A stretch of 63,547 nt of DNA, the filler included. It is 9 parts of 9 records of this genome, joined end to end, with 100 filler letters (N's around TTAATTAATTAA, not from the genome) between each part and the next. Parts side by side here need not be neighbours in the genome. Positions count along the whole stretch, not along the records: positions 13,254 to 22,132 come from SRR31147125_32563; positions 22,233 to 27,933 come from SRR31147125_32678; positions 28,034 to 35,394 come from SRR31147125_32711; 6 more parts are not named here. The stretch is one strand, 5' to 3'. This document shows positions 21,779-32,802 of this stretch, one piece after another. Numbering within the stretch: the first letter of the stretch is position 1; each line of letters starts with the position of its first letter. The position numbers were made by a program, and so were the translations under genes. Below the pieces are notes generated by a model. It was not told the origin of the DNA. It saw nothing but the letters and a program-made list of their open reading frames with translations, and made no database searches.

Positions 21779-22075
21779 ATGGCAAGTGTAAGAAACCTGA
21801 AGAAGGATATCGATTTAATTATGTCGTTGGCTTTAAGCGATTGTTTTTATGTTTTGGAATATAACGACAAGGTAGACGACAAGGCAGTTTATGAAATTGC
21901 CGGAAATATTGTACAGAAACATCGCGAATTACGACTTCGTGCCGGGCATCCCGATGGGAAAGACAATCCGAAAATTGTGAAGAAATTTTATAACGAATTG
22001 GTAAAAGACATGCTTGCTGCTGCCGACGAATCTTTGAAGAAACTCTCGGAAGAAGTAAAAAAAGTGGTAGAATAA
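21779..22075 (+). CDS. Conserved Bacteroidota hypothetical protein
   Basis: MASVRNLKKDI N-terminus, helical 98-aa ORF. Confidence 0.7.
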   Translation: MASVRNLKKDIDLIMSLALSDCFYVLEYNDKVDDKAVYEIAGNIVQKHRELRLRAGHPDGKDNPKIVKKFYNELVKDMLAAADESLKKLSEEVKKVVE

Positions 22076-22232
22076 GACCTGGTTTCGGAATTATTTTTAA
22101 ACTATTTAGTGCTTGCCCGAAAAGTCCAACTTNNNNNNNNNNNNNNNNNNNNNNNNNNNNNNNNNNNNNNNNNNNNTTAATTAATTAANNNNNNNNNNNN
22201 NNNNNNNNNNNNNNNNNNNNNNNNNNNNNNNN

Positions 22233-22549
22233 CCCTCTGCGCGCCCGGCGCTACGGTGATTATGATGGTTGAAGTCGTCGATGCTGAGAACCGTATTGAT
22301 ACCGTATCGGCCACCCTGCCGCGTCTGGAGATTACGACAGATCTCTATGATAACGGGGCCCATGGCGACGCCATTGCCGGGGATGGCGTTTGGTCCACCT
22401 CCTTCAAGCTCCCCGAAAATCCGCGCAAAGGCGACTATACGATTCGCTTTGAAGCCTATGACGCCGATGGCAAGCCTATCCTGCTTTCCAATGATGCCGG
22501 GGAGACGCTTGCCTTAAGCACGGAGACGGCCCTGGTCATTACCGACTAA
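22233..22549 (+). CDS. Choice-of-anchor X-like domain protein, 3' end
   Basis: LYDNGAHGDAIAGDGVWS motif. Confidence 0.65.
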
Positions 22550-22678
22550 GCGTTTGATTCCGCGTGCGGTGCTTTGTATGCTCAGTAGGCTTTGAATTGT
22601 TTGCGTATTTTGCGCCTACATGGTCTTTAACATAGCGTCTTCGTTGCTGCAACAAGACCGAGATACAGGATAGCGATT

Positions 22679-23440
22679 ATGGATACAGTCACCTTAACAA
22701 AACTTTTAGAAGCTGTTGCGGCCGGGGGCCTCTCGGTCACGGAGGCGGCGGGCCGCTTCCGGGATTTGCCTTTCGAAGATTTGGGATTCGCCAAGGTGGA
22801 TCACCATCGCCAATTACGAAAAGGCTATCCCGAAACGATTTTTTGCGCCGGTAAGACCCCTGAACAAGTGGTGGATATCAGTGGGCGTATGAAAGAACAC
22901 GGCAGCACGGTCTTGGGAACGCGTTGCGACGAGGCTATTATTGAGGCCGTCTTGGCGGCGCATCCAGACGCGGTGCATCATGAGGCCGCGCGCGCCTTCA
23001 CCATCACGGGAACTCCCGTGGAAAAGCTGGCGGGTTATGTGGCCGTGGTCTGTGCGGGGACGAGTGACATTCCGGTCGCCGAAGAGGCGGTGGTGACCCT
23101 TGAAGCACATGGGAACGAGGTGGAGCGGGTCTATGATGTAGGCGTTGCGGGCATTCATCGCATTTTGTCCCAGCGCAAAATCCTGGATGAGGCCAACGCC
23201 ATGATTGTCTGCGCGGGCATGGAAGGCGCCTTACCCAGTGTGGTGGCCGGCCTGGTGAACACGCCGATCATCGGGGCGCCCACCAGCATCGGCTATGGGG
23301 CCAGTTTCGGGGGCATTGCCGCGCTTTTGGGCATGCTCAATTCCTGCGCCGCCGGCTTAACGGTCGTGAATATCGACAATGGCTTTGGCGCGGCCATTGC
23401 CGCCTCAAACATCAATCGCATTGCCAATGGAAAACTCTAG
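22679..23440 (+). CDS. larB: Nickel pincer cofactor biosynthesis carboxylase/hydrolase LarB
   Basis: DHHRQLRKG.PE, AGTSDIPVAEEA, DVGVAGIHR, AGMEGALPSV, NSCA.G..VVNIDNGFGA. Confidence 0.95.
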   Translation: MDTVTLTKLLEAVAAGGLSVTEAAGRFRDLPFEDLGFAKVDHHRQLRKGYPETIFCAGKTPEQVVDISGRMKEHGSTVLGTRCDEAIIEAVLAAHPDAVHHEAARAFTITGTPVEKLAGYVAVVCAGTSDIPVAEEAVVTLEAHGNEVERVYDVGVAGIHRILSQRKILDEANAMIVCAGMEGALPSVVAGLVNTPIIGAPTSIGYGASFGGIAALLGMLNSCAAGLTVVNIDNGFGAAIAASNINRIANGKL

Positions 23441-23450
23441 GAAAAGCACG

Positions 23451-24632
23451 ATGCGCGTTTTATTTTTAGATTGTTTTAGTGGGATCAGCGGCGACATGAC
23501 TGTCGGGGCCTTGATTGACGCCGGGGCTGATTTTGAAAGCATTCAAGAAGGACTGGCCTCCCTGCCCGTCAAAGGCTTTTCCGTCAGTGTGGAGAAGGTC
23601 AACAAGAAGGGAATTATGGCCACCCAGTTTCGGGTGCATCAAGACCCTGAGATGGAGCAGCCCCACCGGCACCTGCGTCATGTGGTGAAGATTATTGAGG
23701 GCGGCGCCTTACCCAAGGCGGTAAAGTCGGCGGCGCTGGCGGTTTTCGAAAAGATTGCCGAAGCGGAAGCGGCGGTGCATGGCACGAGCAAAGAGAAAGT
23801 GCATTTCCACGAGGTCGGCGCGATTGACTCGATAGTCGATATCGTTGCTGCGGAATACGCCAAACACTTGCTTAAGGTGGAAAAGACCTATGCTTCGGCA
23901 TTGCATGTAGGCTACGGTACGGTGCGCTGTGATCACGGGGTGATGCCGGTGCCCGCGCCGGCCACGGCACGGCTCTTAAAAGGCATTCCCGCCTATGGCG
24001 GGGAAGTAAAAGGGGAATTGGTGACGCCTACCGGCGCGGCTTTGGCGGCGCATTGGGCTGAGCATTTTGGCGCCATGCCCCTGCTGGAAGTGGAAGCGAT
24101 TGGTTACGGCAGTGGCACGCGGGAGTTGGAGGATCGCGCCAATGTCTTGCGGGTCCTGGTGGGGGAGATGGCGGTGAAGGAGAAGACCCTGGAAACAGTG
24201 GCGGTGATCGAAAGCAGCATTGACGACATGAGTCCCGAACTCTTTCCTCCTCTGATGAACAGGTTGCTGGAAGAAGGCGCCAAGGATGTCTTTCTTACGC
24301 CTATCATGGGGAAAAAGGGGCGCTCGGCACAGTTGGTGACCGTGCTCTGTGAGGAGAACGAGACCAAAACGATGGGAGAGATTCTTTTTCGACATTCCTC
24401 CACCTTTGGCCTGCGTATGCGCCGGGAAGAACGTATGGTGTTGGATCGTCAGTGGCGCACTGTAAAGACCCCCTGGGGAAAGGTGAAAGTGAAAGAAGGC
24501 TTGTGGGACGGCGTTCGCATGAGCCTTTCTCCCGAGTTTGAATCCTGCCGCAGCGTTGCGGAGGCCGCCGCTATTTCCGTCAAGCAAGTCTATGAAGCGG
24601 CCCTGGCCGCCGCCCTAAAAGAAGGAGACTAA
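23451..24632 (+). CDS. larC: Nickel insertase LarC (continuous, full length)
   Basis: DCFSGISGDM, VHFHEVGAIDSIVDI, HG.MPVPAPAT, ELVTPTGAA, MGKKGR, PEFE. Confidence 0.95.
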   Translation: MRVLFLDCFSGISGDMTVGALIDAGADFESIQEGLASLPVKGFSVSVEKVNKKGIMATQFRVHQDPEMEQPHRHLRHVVKIIEGGALPKAVKSAALAVFEKIAEAEAAVHGTSKEKVHFHEVGAIDSIVDIVAAEYAKHLLKVEKTYASALHVGYGTVRCDHGVMPVPAPATARLLKGIPAYGGEVKGELVTPTGAALAAHWAEHFGAMPLLEVEAIGYGSGTRELEDRANVLRVLVGEMAVKEKTLETVAVIESSIDDMSPELFPPLMNRLLEEGAKDVFLTPIMGKKGRSAQLVTVLCEENETKTMGEILFRHSSTFGLRMRREERMVLDRQWRTVKTPWGKVKVKEGLWDGVRMSLSPEFESCRSVAEAAAISVKQVYEAALAAALKEGD

Positions 24633-24637
24633 ACGCT

Positions 24638-25123
24638 ATGCCCGATCGTGTCGCCGTCTATCCGGGGAGTTTTGATCCCCCCACCTTGGGTCATCATGAT
24701 TTGATTCAACGCGCCGCTTCAATCTTTAAAAAGGTCATTGTCGCGGTTGCGAGCAACAATGAAAAGAAATGCCTTTTCAGTGTTCAGGAACGCGTCGAAA
24801 TGCTTGAAGAACTGGCGCGGGATATCCCTAATATTTGCGTGGATTCCTTCCATGGCCTAACGGTGGACTTTGCCCGAGAACGCAATGCGGTGGCGGTTAT
24901 TCGCGGCTTACGCGTGATGTCGGATTTTGAATATGAACTGACCCTGGCGATCAATAATCGTAAGTTGGATCCGGATATCGACACCGTATGTCTCATGTCG
25001 AGTGAACCCTATCTCTTCCTGAGTTCACGACAAGTCAAAGAAATCGCTTCCTTCAACGGGAAGATTAGTCATTATGTCACGCCGGAAGTCGAGCGCCGTA
25101 TCCGGGAGAAGCTAAAAGCGTGA
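24638..25123 (+). CDS. coaD: Phosphopantetheine adenylyltransferase
   Basis: YPGSFDPPTLGH, IRGLR..SDFEYE, LSS..VKE. Confidence 0.97.
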   Translation: MPDRVAVYPGSFDPPTLGHHDLIQRAASIFKKVIVAVASNNEKKCLFSVQERVEMLEELARDIPNICVDSFHGLTVDFARERNAVAVIRGLRVMSDFEYELTLAINNRKLDPDIDTVCLMSSEPYLFLSSRQVKEIASFNGKISHYVTPEVERRIREKLKA

Positions 25124-25142
25124 CCCCTATCGATCTGAGCCT

Positions 25143-26621
25143 ATGATGAATACAAAGTCCGGCCCGCTCCTGCTGGCCACCGTAAACGCACGGTATAGTC
25201 ACAGTAGTTTCGGCATGCGTTGCCTGAAGACCGCCCTGGAGGCGGCGGGCACGCCCGCCGAGCTGCGCGAGTTCACCAATGATATGCGGCCCGAAGTCAT
25301 TGCCGAGGCGCTCTTGCGAGAGCAGCCGTGGGCCGTGGCGCTGGGGGTCTATATCTGGAATCGGGATGTCCTCACGCCCGTGGCCGAAATCATCAAGGCC
25401 GTGCGTCCCGCAGTTCTGATCCTGATCGGCGGCCCGGAAGCCGGCCATGAGTATGAAAGCACGCGTCTCTTTCGCGCCGCAGACTACCTGCTTCGGGGAG
25501 AAGGGGAAGTGATTCTTCCCGAACTCCTCAGGGAAATAGAAGCGGGCCGGGCGCCAAAGGCTAAAGTGATCGAAAGTCCGCCTTTGGACCTCTCCAAGTT
25601 GCCCTTGCCCTACGAGGCCTACACCGACGAAGACATCGCCCATCGCGCCATCTATGTCGAAAGCACACGAGGGTGCCCCTTTCGCTGCGCCTTTTGTCTT
25701 TCCGGACGTGCTGAGGATAGCGTGCGCTATTATCCGCTGCCGCCCTTTTTTGAAGCAATGGACAAGCTGCTGGCCCGCGGCGCCCTGCATTTCCGCTTTA
25801 TCGACCGCACCTTTAATGTCAAAACGGATCACGCCCTGGCGATTCTGGATTTCTTTCTAGCGCGTTTACGCCCCAAGCTGCTGCTGCATTTGGAGATTGT
25901 CCCGGATAAACTTCAGCCGCAGGTCTTGGAAAAGATGGCCGAGTTTCCGCCGGAAGTCTTACATCTGGAAGCGGGTGTGCAATCCTTTCATCCACCAAGC
26001 CTAGAGGCCATAGACCGGCGTCAGGATCTCGAAAAAGCCTGCGCCACGCTGCGGTGGTTGCGCGAAAATACCGGGGTGCTGATTCACGCTGATCTGCTGG
26101 TGGGCTTGCCGCATGAAAGTGAAGCCACCTTCGCCAAAGGATTTGATCAACTCGTTGCGCTGCGTCCGCATGAGATTCAGGTAGGCCCCCTCAAGCGCCT
26201 GCGCGGATCCCCCTTAAGCCAGAAAGCAGCCTCGCTCGGACTCCACTTCGCCCAGAACCCGCCCTATCTTATCCTGCAAAGCCCGACGATGGCTTATGAA
26301 ACCATTCAGGCGCTGGGGCGTTTTGCGCGTTATATGGACCTCTATTACAATTCCGGCAATTTCCCTGAATCCATCCCCGTGCTCTTTGCAAGCGGGCCTT
26401 CGCCCTATCACGCCTTTCGTGACTTATGCGAGAGTATTTGGCGCGAAACGGGCCGCACCCACCACCTCTCCCTGGTCAATCTGATGGAACACCTCTACGC
26501 TTGCTTGTTAGAAAAAGGGCTGGACCCAGAGAAAGTGGATGCGCTGATTCACCGTGATTTCCATAGAATTCCCAATCGGCATGAAACGATTCGCCCGTAT
26601 GGCGTGAGGAAAATGCAATGA
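25143..26621 (+). CDS. B12-binding domain radical SAM protein (DUF4080-type C-terminus)
   Basis: NARYSH, YIWN, GGPE, RGCPFRCAFC, DRTFN. Confidence 0.9.
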   Translation: MMNTKSGPLLLATVNARYSHSSFGMRCLKTALEAAGTPAELREFTNDMRPEVIAEALLREQPWAVALGVYIWNRDVLTPVAEIIKAVRPAVLILIGGPEAGHEYESTRLFRAADYLLRGEGEVILPELLREIEAGRAPKAKVIESPPLDLSKLPLPYEAYTDEDIAHRAIYVESTRGCPFRCAFCLSGRAEDSVRYYPLPPFFEAMDKLLARGALHFRFIDRTFNVKTDHALAILDFFLARLRPKLLLHLEIVPDKLQPQVLEKMAEFPPEVLHLEAGVQSFHPPSLEAIDRRQDLEKACATLRWLRENTGVLIHADLLVGLPHESEATFAKGFDQLVALRPHEIQVGPLKRLRGSPLSQKAASLGLHFAQNPPYLILQSPTMAYETIQALGRFARYMDLYYNSGNFPESIPVLFASGPSPYHAFRDLCESIWRETGRTHHLSLVNLMEHLYACLLEKGLDPEKVDALIHRDFHRIPNRHETIRPYGVRKMQ

Positions 26622-27220
26622 GCGAAAAATTTATCCGCGACTTTTTAATGCTCTGGTCTACGATTGATCCCGTAGGCACCTTCGCCCTTTTCGCGGCTTT
26701 GAGCAGCAAGCTCAGCCCGCAGGCGCGTAGAAAAACCGCCTTTAAGGCGATTCTTTATGCGGCGATTATTTTGGTCATGGCCATTGTGGTGGGGCAATTT
26801 CTTTTGAGCGGCTTGGGCATCAGCTTGATTTCCGTGCAAGTCAGCGGGGGAATTATCCTTTTTCTCTTTGGTCTGCAAATGGTCTTTGGCGCCACCCCGG
26901 CAGGGGATTCCCAGGAGCCCGAATCCGGTCATGACATGGCGGTCTTTCCTTTGGCGATTCCTTCAATTGCGACGCCCGGAGCGATTATGGCGGTCATTCT
27001 GTTGACGGATAATGACATCCATCCGATTCAGATACAGCTTGGCACCACGCTCATCCTGCTTGCCGTGCTCGGCTGCACGCTCCTCTTTATGTTACTGGCC
27101 ACGCGCCTGATGAAGCTCATCGGCCATAACGGGGCCGCCATTATGGTGCGGGTGATGGGGATGATACTGGCCGCCTTATCCATTGAGCTTGTTTTGAGCG
27201 CCCTGAAAATCATACCGTAG
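26618..27220 (+). CDS. MarC family membrane protein
   Basis: IDP.G, GGIILF, AVFPLAIP.IA.PGAI, R.MG.ILAA. Confidence 0.92.
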   Translation: MSEKFIRDFLMLWSTIDPVGTFALFAALSSKLSPQARRKTAFKAILYAAIILVMAIVVGQFLLSGLGISLISVQVSGGIILFLFGLQMVFGATPAGDSQEPESGHDMAVFPLAIPSIATPGAIMAVILLTDNDIHPIQIQLGTTLILLAVLGCTLLFMLLATRLMKLIGHNGAAIMVRVMGMILAALSIELVLSALKIIP

Positions 27221-27323
27221 GATGCATGCTTGCACAGGGCTGCGGCAAGCGGCCCATTAAACGCCTTAAAGACGCAGGAGACGCTATTATGCCAGGCTTT
27301 CCAGTCCAAGAAGCGAGGATGCG

Positions 27324-27933
27324 ATGACTTCACGTGAGCGCCTGATGGCGGTCTTAGCGGGAAAGCCGGTCGATCGTCTTCCCGTCAATTTCTATGAGAT
27401 AGGTGGGTTTCGAATGGATCCGGAGGACCCGGATCCCTTTAACATCTATCAGGATCCTTCCTGGCGTCCTTTGATTCAGCTTGCCGAAGAACGTACGGAT
27501 TTAATCCGCATGGCTCATCTGCAACCGGTTTCCGGCGGGACGCATCCGGCTTCGGATTGCTATCGGGAGGAGACTTGGCTGGAAGGCGGATCGCGTTTTA
27601 TGCGCAGGACGATCAGGGCGGGGGCGAAGGAATTCACCCAACTTAGTCGGCGCGATCCGGATATGGATACGGTGTGGGTCTTAGAGCACCTCCTGAAAAA
27701 CACGACAGACCTGGAAGCCTATCTTGAATTGCCGGAGGCCGTTTTTGCGCAAGCGGATCCGGATATCGGCGCCTTGGAAGCCCTGAAAAAGAAACGGGTG
27801 ATCGCGGAATTGTGATGGTGGATACGGGCGATCCGTTGTGTGCGGCGGCCAGCTTGTTTGATATGTCGGTCTACACCTTGATTGCCGCAACAGAGCCGGT
27901 CCTGTTTCATCGTTTGCTGGATCGCATTGCGGG
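27324..27933 (+). CDS. Uroporphyrinogen decarboxylase-like (URO-D superfamily) protein, partial, apparent frameshift near 27786-27794
   Basis: MTSRERL.A...G.PVDR.P N-terminus; the coding frame continues after an A-run. Confidence 0.7.
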
Positions 27934-28033
27934 NNNNNNNNNNNNNNNNNNNNNNNNNNNNNNNNNNNNNNNNNNNNTTAATTAATTAANNNNNNNNNNN
28001 NNNNNNNNNNNNNNNNNNNNNNNNNNNNNNNNN

Positions 28034-29325
28034 GAACTCCATTCGTATTTTTCAACACGGTATCCCCTGTTGTAATCACTTCCTTCTGCCGTAAAATCGA
28101 TTTCTAAAAGATAATCAACATAAGCATCTGCGGCAGCTCTTCTCACATCTTTAACAGGCCCCAGGTAGTACTCCCCGTCTTCATCAACATGAAAGGGTTG
28201 TTTGTGGCCATCATTCTGAAGACCAATTTGCAATCCTCTGTAAATACCTCTGTTAAGTTTAAAATCTTCCGCTGCAATGGTTGAATCTTCGGGTACAACT
28301 AACCTTTCCCAAAAGAAACGACAATCGGCATCGGCAGGGTCAACATCGCCGTATGCTTCTTCCCAACTCTCATAAAACTCTTGTGTAATGGCACCTCCAT
28401 CAGTACCGTCACCATCGGGGAATAATGGATTGCCATAGAAACTTCCTGACATAGACCAATAACACATACGGTTATGCGAACTGCTTAAATCAGGGCGCTG
28501 GTCGATAGCAAATATTAATTCTTTATTACTATGATTGTCGTTATCGAAACAAGCAAAATACTCCGGAGACATTTCATAATCGAATTCATCAATAACCTTT
28601 GTACTGTATTCAATAACTTTATCCATATCTGAATCAGTAAAATCAAAGCTTGTTGCGTATGGATCGCGCCATACAGCAGCGTTCATATACAAACGGGTAA
28701 GAAGTGCATATGCTCCACCTTGTGTTAAACGTCCAGGGCCAACATCAGTTTTTAAATCTCCAACAATGTCTTCAAGCTCAGTTCTGATATACTCAACAGC
28801 ATCTTCTCGTCGTAAAACAGTTGACAACTCATTTGGATCATCTTTTTTGAAAGACACACCCCATAGATCAAGCATCATCATGTTATAATAAGCACGCATT
28901 CCCCTAACTTCAGCAAGGAATGTTTTTGCTGATGCATCTGTCTCTGCCAATGGTGTTAATGTTTCCACTGCACTTGCCGCCCTTGAAAGCATGTTGGTAA
29001 GATCATTCCATGTATCCCTTATTTTAGCATTTGTTGGCAAACACTCATGTTGATGCAACTGGTAAAAAACACCACCATCGTACCAGTCTTTACCACCACG
29101 TGCTGGTAAGATTCCTTCATCAGTAGAAATTATCTGAAGGCAGAATAAATGTGTATGCAAAAATAATCTCGAAAGATTTGAATAAACAGGTGCAACCACA
29201 CTTGTTACAATTTCATCTTCAGAAACAGTTCCTGTAAGCGATTCGTCCAGAACTTGTTCTTCCAGGTCTGTGCAACTCCAAAGCATGACCAGTGAAAGCA
29301 TGACCAAAAATATTTTATTTTTCAT
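28034..29325 (-). CDS. susD: SusD/RagB family lipoprotein (3'-truncated)
   Basis: Lipobox WSC, R..WYDGG, AE.RG.RAYY, GR.T.G.A..LL..LY.NA. Confidence 0.92.
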
Positions 29326-29446
29326 ATGTTTAAAATTTTGTTGAAACTTTACTATTTGCCTGGGAATTACAATTACTACAAGCAAGCAGCTCGGGTAATC
29401 ATTTCATAAATAGTCCGTTTCAATTGATTAATCAATTTTTAGTTAA

Positions 29447-32400
29447 TTAAAAGTTAACATTTAAACCGAGCATAAATGTTCTGGCTTTGGGATAGGTATT
29501 ATAATCTATTCCAAAGGATTGTATTCCACCAGTTGATTTATCCTGATTCACCTCCGGGTCATAGCCACTGTATTCAGTAATCACAAAAAGGTTCTGACCT
29601 GTAAGCGATAAACGTATCCCTTTTGCCCAGTTTCCAATACCTAATGCTGTTGTATTAACATTATACCCTAGCGTCAAATTATTCAATCGAAGAAAAGAAC
29701 CATTTTCCAGGTAGCGTGTTGAAACCAATGCAGCGTTAGTAATCGCTTCTTCTGGATATTCAATTGCATCAGGAACTACGTTGTTTGAAGTGGCAAGCAT
29801 ACCTTTGTAAAAATTAGTCATTGCAGTATGGTTATATATTTTATTGCCAGATACACCATTGAAATTAACTGCCAAATCAAACCTTTTGTATTCCATAGTG
29901 ATGTAAAAATTATACATCACATCGGGCAAAGCGCTTCCAACAACATACCGGTCGTCACCACCTTCTACTTCAGCAGGTGCATAGGTTGAAAGACCATCAT
30001 CTCCAATACCTGTAAATTTCTGCATATAAAAAGAGCCAATCGGGTGACCATTGATCATACCATTAATGGTGGCTCCTGTTTGTCCTGCACCAGATGCAGA
30101 ACCTGTAGTTAATACAGTAAATGGTGAGTCTTCAACCACATTATCAATAAACGTTGCATTTGCACCAACAGAATAGGCAAATCCATTCATCCCCCTGTAT
30201 TGATAATCAAGAGCTACTTCCAAACCTTTATTTGTAATATTCATTCCTTCAACATTTGTCCAATATGTTGGTGCCGGAGAAACCGGATCAAACGATGCTA
30301 CTTCAACCAAAATATTATCTGATACTTTGTAGAAATAATCAACTGTACCAGAAAGTGCGCCGCTAAACAATCCAAAGTCAAGCCCTACGTTGGTTTGGGT
30401 TGAAACTTCCCACTGAATATCTGGATTTGCCAGGCGGGTATAAACAGTCCCAACAGGATATTCACCTGATTCACTTAACGGGTAAGTATAATCTCCACTA
30501 TTGGATGATTGGTAAGAAGCTTGTGTAATTTTAGCTGGTATTTCCTGGTTACCTGTTTGTCCCCAACCAGCACGTATTTTTAAATTGCTAAAAGGTGAGG
30601 AACTCATAAAACTTTCCTCAGAAATCCTCCACCCTGCAGCAAATGAAGGAAAAGTACCGTACCTGTTGTTTTCACCGAATTTAGAGGAGCCATCAACCCT
30701 CAATGTTCCTGTTAATAAATATTTACCTTGAAAACTATATGTTGCCCTTCCAAAATAAGATTGTAATTCATTTATTGTAGCAGAGCCTGATGGTCTGTTT
30801 TCTACTAAATCAAGTCGTTGGCCTAAACCGGGATTGTAACGAGGTTCAATACCATTTGCTTCAAATTCATCAATACTCCAGCTACTCCATACCCCTTTTG
30901 TTCTTTGATAAGAATGACCTGCCAATAATATTAAATTATGTTCACTAAAATTTGCTGTATATGTCAAGTAATTCTCTACAAGAGTATTTTTACTGTCATT
31001 TAGACTTTGCTCTAAACGACCTTCAACATAGGGGTCAACACTTGGCATTTCCTGGTAATCAGATTCGCTTGAACTGTTTTCATACCCTAAGTTCAATTTG
31101 TAAACCAATCCATCAACTATCTCAAGTGAAGGTGTAAGGTTAACAATCATCTTCCGATTTTCATTAAAAGTCTTGAATAATTCTGCCTGGCTAATGGGAT
31201 TTATTAAATCCGGGTATTTTGTAGGCTCACCATTTGAATCGTATGCCGGATATGTTGGGTTAAAACTAAGCATATTAGCAACTACTGTTTGCCCTTGGGC
31301 ATTTTCGCCAGTCTCTATTGTTGAATACAGATTAAAATCTATACTCAATCTGTCATCCAATAATTTCTGAGTAGCACTTACCCTTCCACTATATCTTTTA
31401 ATACCTGTATTAATAACAACACCTTCCTGCTCTAAATATCCTAGAGAAGCTCGATAACTTAATTTATTTGCTCCCCCAGACAATACCAGGTTGTGATCTT
31501 GTGTAATGGCTGTTTGTGTTAATTCATCCTGCCAATCCGTATTTCCACCTCTATCTTCAAGAATCCCTCCAATTTCTACAACCTTATTGCGAAATTCATC
31601 AGCACTAAAAACAGGTAATTTTTTTGCGATTTTTGATATTCCAACACTGGAAGAAATAGATATTCTTGAATCAGCTTTACCTTTTTTCGTGTTGATGAGA
31701 ATAACACCATTCGCACCTCTAGATCCATAAATTGCTGTTGCTGATGCATCTTTCAAAACATCTATGGACTCGATGTCTTCAATATTAATAAAATTAAGCG
31801 GGCTTGAACTTGAACCAGTTCCTGCAAGACCAATGGGAAAACCATCAATTACAAATAAGGGGCCAGAGCCTTCTCTTATGGTTCCCTGCCCACGGATTAT
31901 AATTCTTTGTCCGCTCCCAGGTGCTCCGCTTGATGAGGTAATATTTACACCAGCAACTTTTCCCTGGAGGAGCTGACCGGGAGAAGTAAAAACACCTTTG
32001 TTGAACTTATCTTCTTTAATAGAACTTACAGCACCTGTTAAATCACTTTTTTTCATGGAACCATAACCTATCACAACGACTTCATCAAGGTCTGTAGCCG
32101 ATGCTACCAATGATAAATCTATTTCTGTTCTCCCATTCAACTCAGCTTCAACAGTCTCATAACCAATATATGAGAAATTTAATATTGAGTTTGGATATAC
32201 ATCAATACTATAATTTCCATCAATATCTGTTACGGTTCCTTGGGTTACCCCTTTAATACTAACTGTAGCTCCAATGAGGGGCTCACCAGTTCTTGCATCA
32301 GTAAGTTTACCATTAACCGTTTTTTTCTCCAGAAATTTTACCGTTACAGTTTTTTCCCCAATTTTATACTCAAGACCAGCATCCTTGCTTATTTTAACTA

Positions 32401-32668
32401 AAATAATGCTTAACGCAGTATTAGAATAGTTATAAGAAAACTTCCTCTCATCTTCCATAATCTCATCAGAATATCTAAAACTATATCCTGATGCACCTTC
32501 AAGGTTTTTAAAAATTTGTTCGAGTGAAGCATCTTTTACTTTTAATGTTACTTCAGGCTCATTATTTGTTTGAGCGATAAGTGAACTCAAACTAAGAACA
32601 CATATTAGTAACAACATGTATCTCTTATAACGAGAAAACATGAATTTTAAATTTCGTTTATATTTCAT
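29447..32668 (-). CDS. susC: SusC/RagA TonB-dependent transducer with N-terminal STN domain
   Basis: VVIGYG, LQGKVAGV, LKDASATAIYGSRGANGVI, C-terminal YPKART.GLNVNF; start likely ATG 32668. Confidence 0.95.
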   Translation of the reverse strand: MKYKRNLKFMFSRYKRYMLLLICVLSLSSLIAQTNNEPEVTLKVKDASLEQIFKNLEGASGYSFRYSDEIMEDERKFSYNYSNTALSIILVKISKDAGLEYKIGEKTVTVKFLEKKTVNGKLTDARTGEPLIGATVSIKGVTQGTVTDIDGNYSIDVYPNSILNFSYIGYETVEAELNGRTEIDLSLVASATDLDEVVVIGYGSMKKSDLTGAVSSIKEDKFNKGVFTSPGQLLQGKVAGVNITSSSGAPGSGQRIIIRGQGTIREGSGPLFVIDGFPIGLAGTGSSSSPLNFINIEDIESIDVLKDASATAIYGSRGANGVILINTKKGKADSRISISSSVGISKIAKKLPVFSADEFRNKVVEIGGILEDRGGNTDWQDELTQTAITQDHNLVLSGGANKLSYRASLGYLEQEGVVINTGIKRYSGRVSATQKLLDDRLSIDFNLYSTIETGENAQGQTVVANMLSFNPTYPAYDSNGEPTKYPDLINPISQAELFKTFNENRKMIVNLTPSLEIVDGLVYKLNLGYENSSSESDYQEMPSVDPYVEGRLEQSLNDSKNTLVENYLTYTANFSEHNLILLAGHSYQRTKGVWSSWSIDEFEANGIEPRYNPGLGQRLDLVENRPSGSATINELQSYFGRATYSFQGKYLLTGTLRVDGSSKFGENNRYGTFPSFAAGWRISEESFMSSSPFSNLKIRAGWGQTGNQEIPAKITQASYQSSNSGDYTYPLSESGEYPVGTVYTRLANPDIQWEVSTQTNVGLDFGLFSGALSGTVDYFYKVSDNILVEVASFDPVSPAPTYWTNVEGMNITNKGLEVALDYQYRGMNGFAYSVGANATFIDNVVEDSPFTVLTTGSASGAGQTGATINGMINGHPIGSFYMQKFTGIGDDGLSTYAPAEVEGGDDRYVVGSALPDVMYNFYITMEYKRFDLAVNFNGVSGNKIYNHTAMTNFYKGMLATSNNVVPDAIEYPEEAITNAALVSTRYLENGSFLRLNNLTLGYNVNTTALGIGNWAKGIRLSLTGQNLFVITEYSGYDPEVNQDKSTGGIQSFGIDYNTYPKARTFMLGLNVNF

Positions 32669-32715
32669 AGATTTGTTATTATTAAAATTTACAGTTTTAA
32701 TTAAAAAATGAATAG

Positions 32716-32740
32716 CCGGAATTGTCGTTACCAATTCCGG
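32716..32740. promoter_or_regulatory. Hairpin between fecR and susC
   Basis: CCGGAATTG-tcgttac-CAATTCCGG; possible attenuator or RNA-stabilising stem. Confidence 0.45.
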
Positions 32741-32802
32741 TTTTTTTGTTTCCACATTTATTAGATTCTCATCATAGGCAATTCTTCATTTTATATTTAA
32801 TG

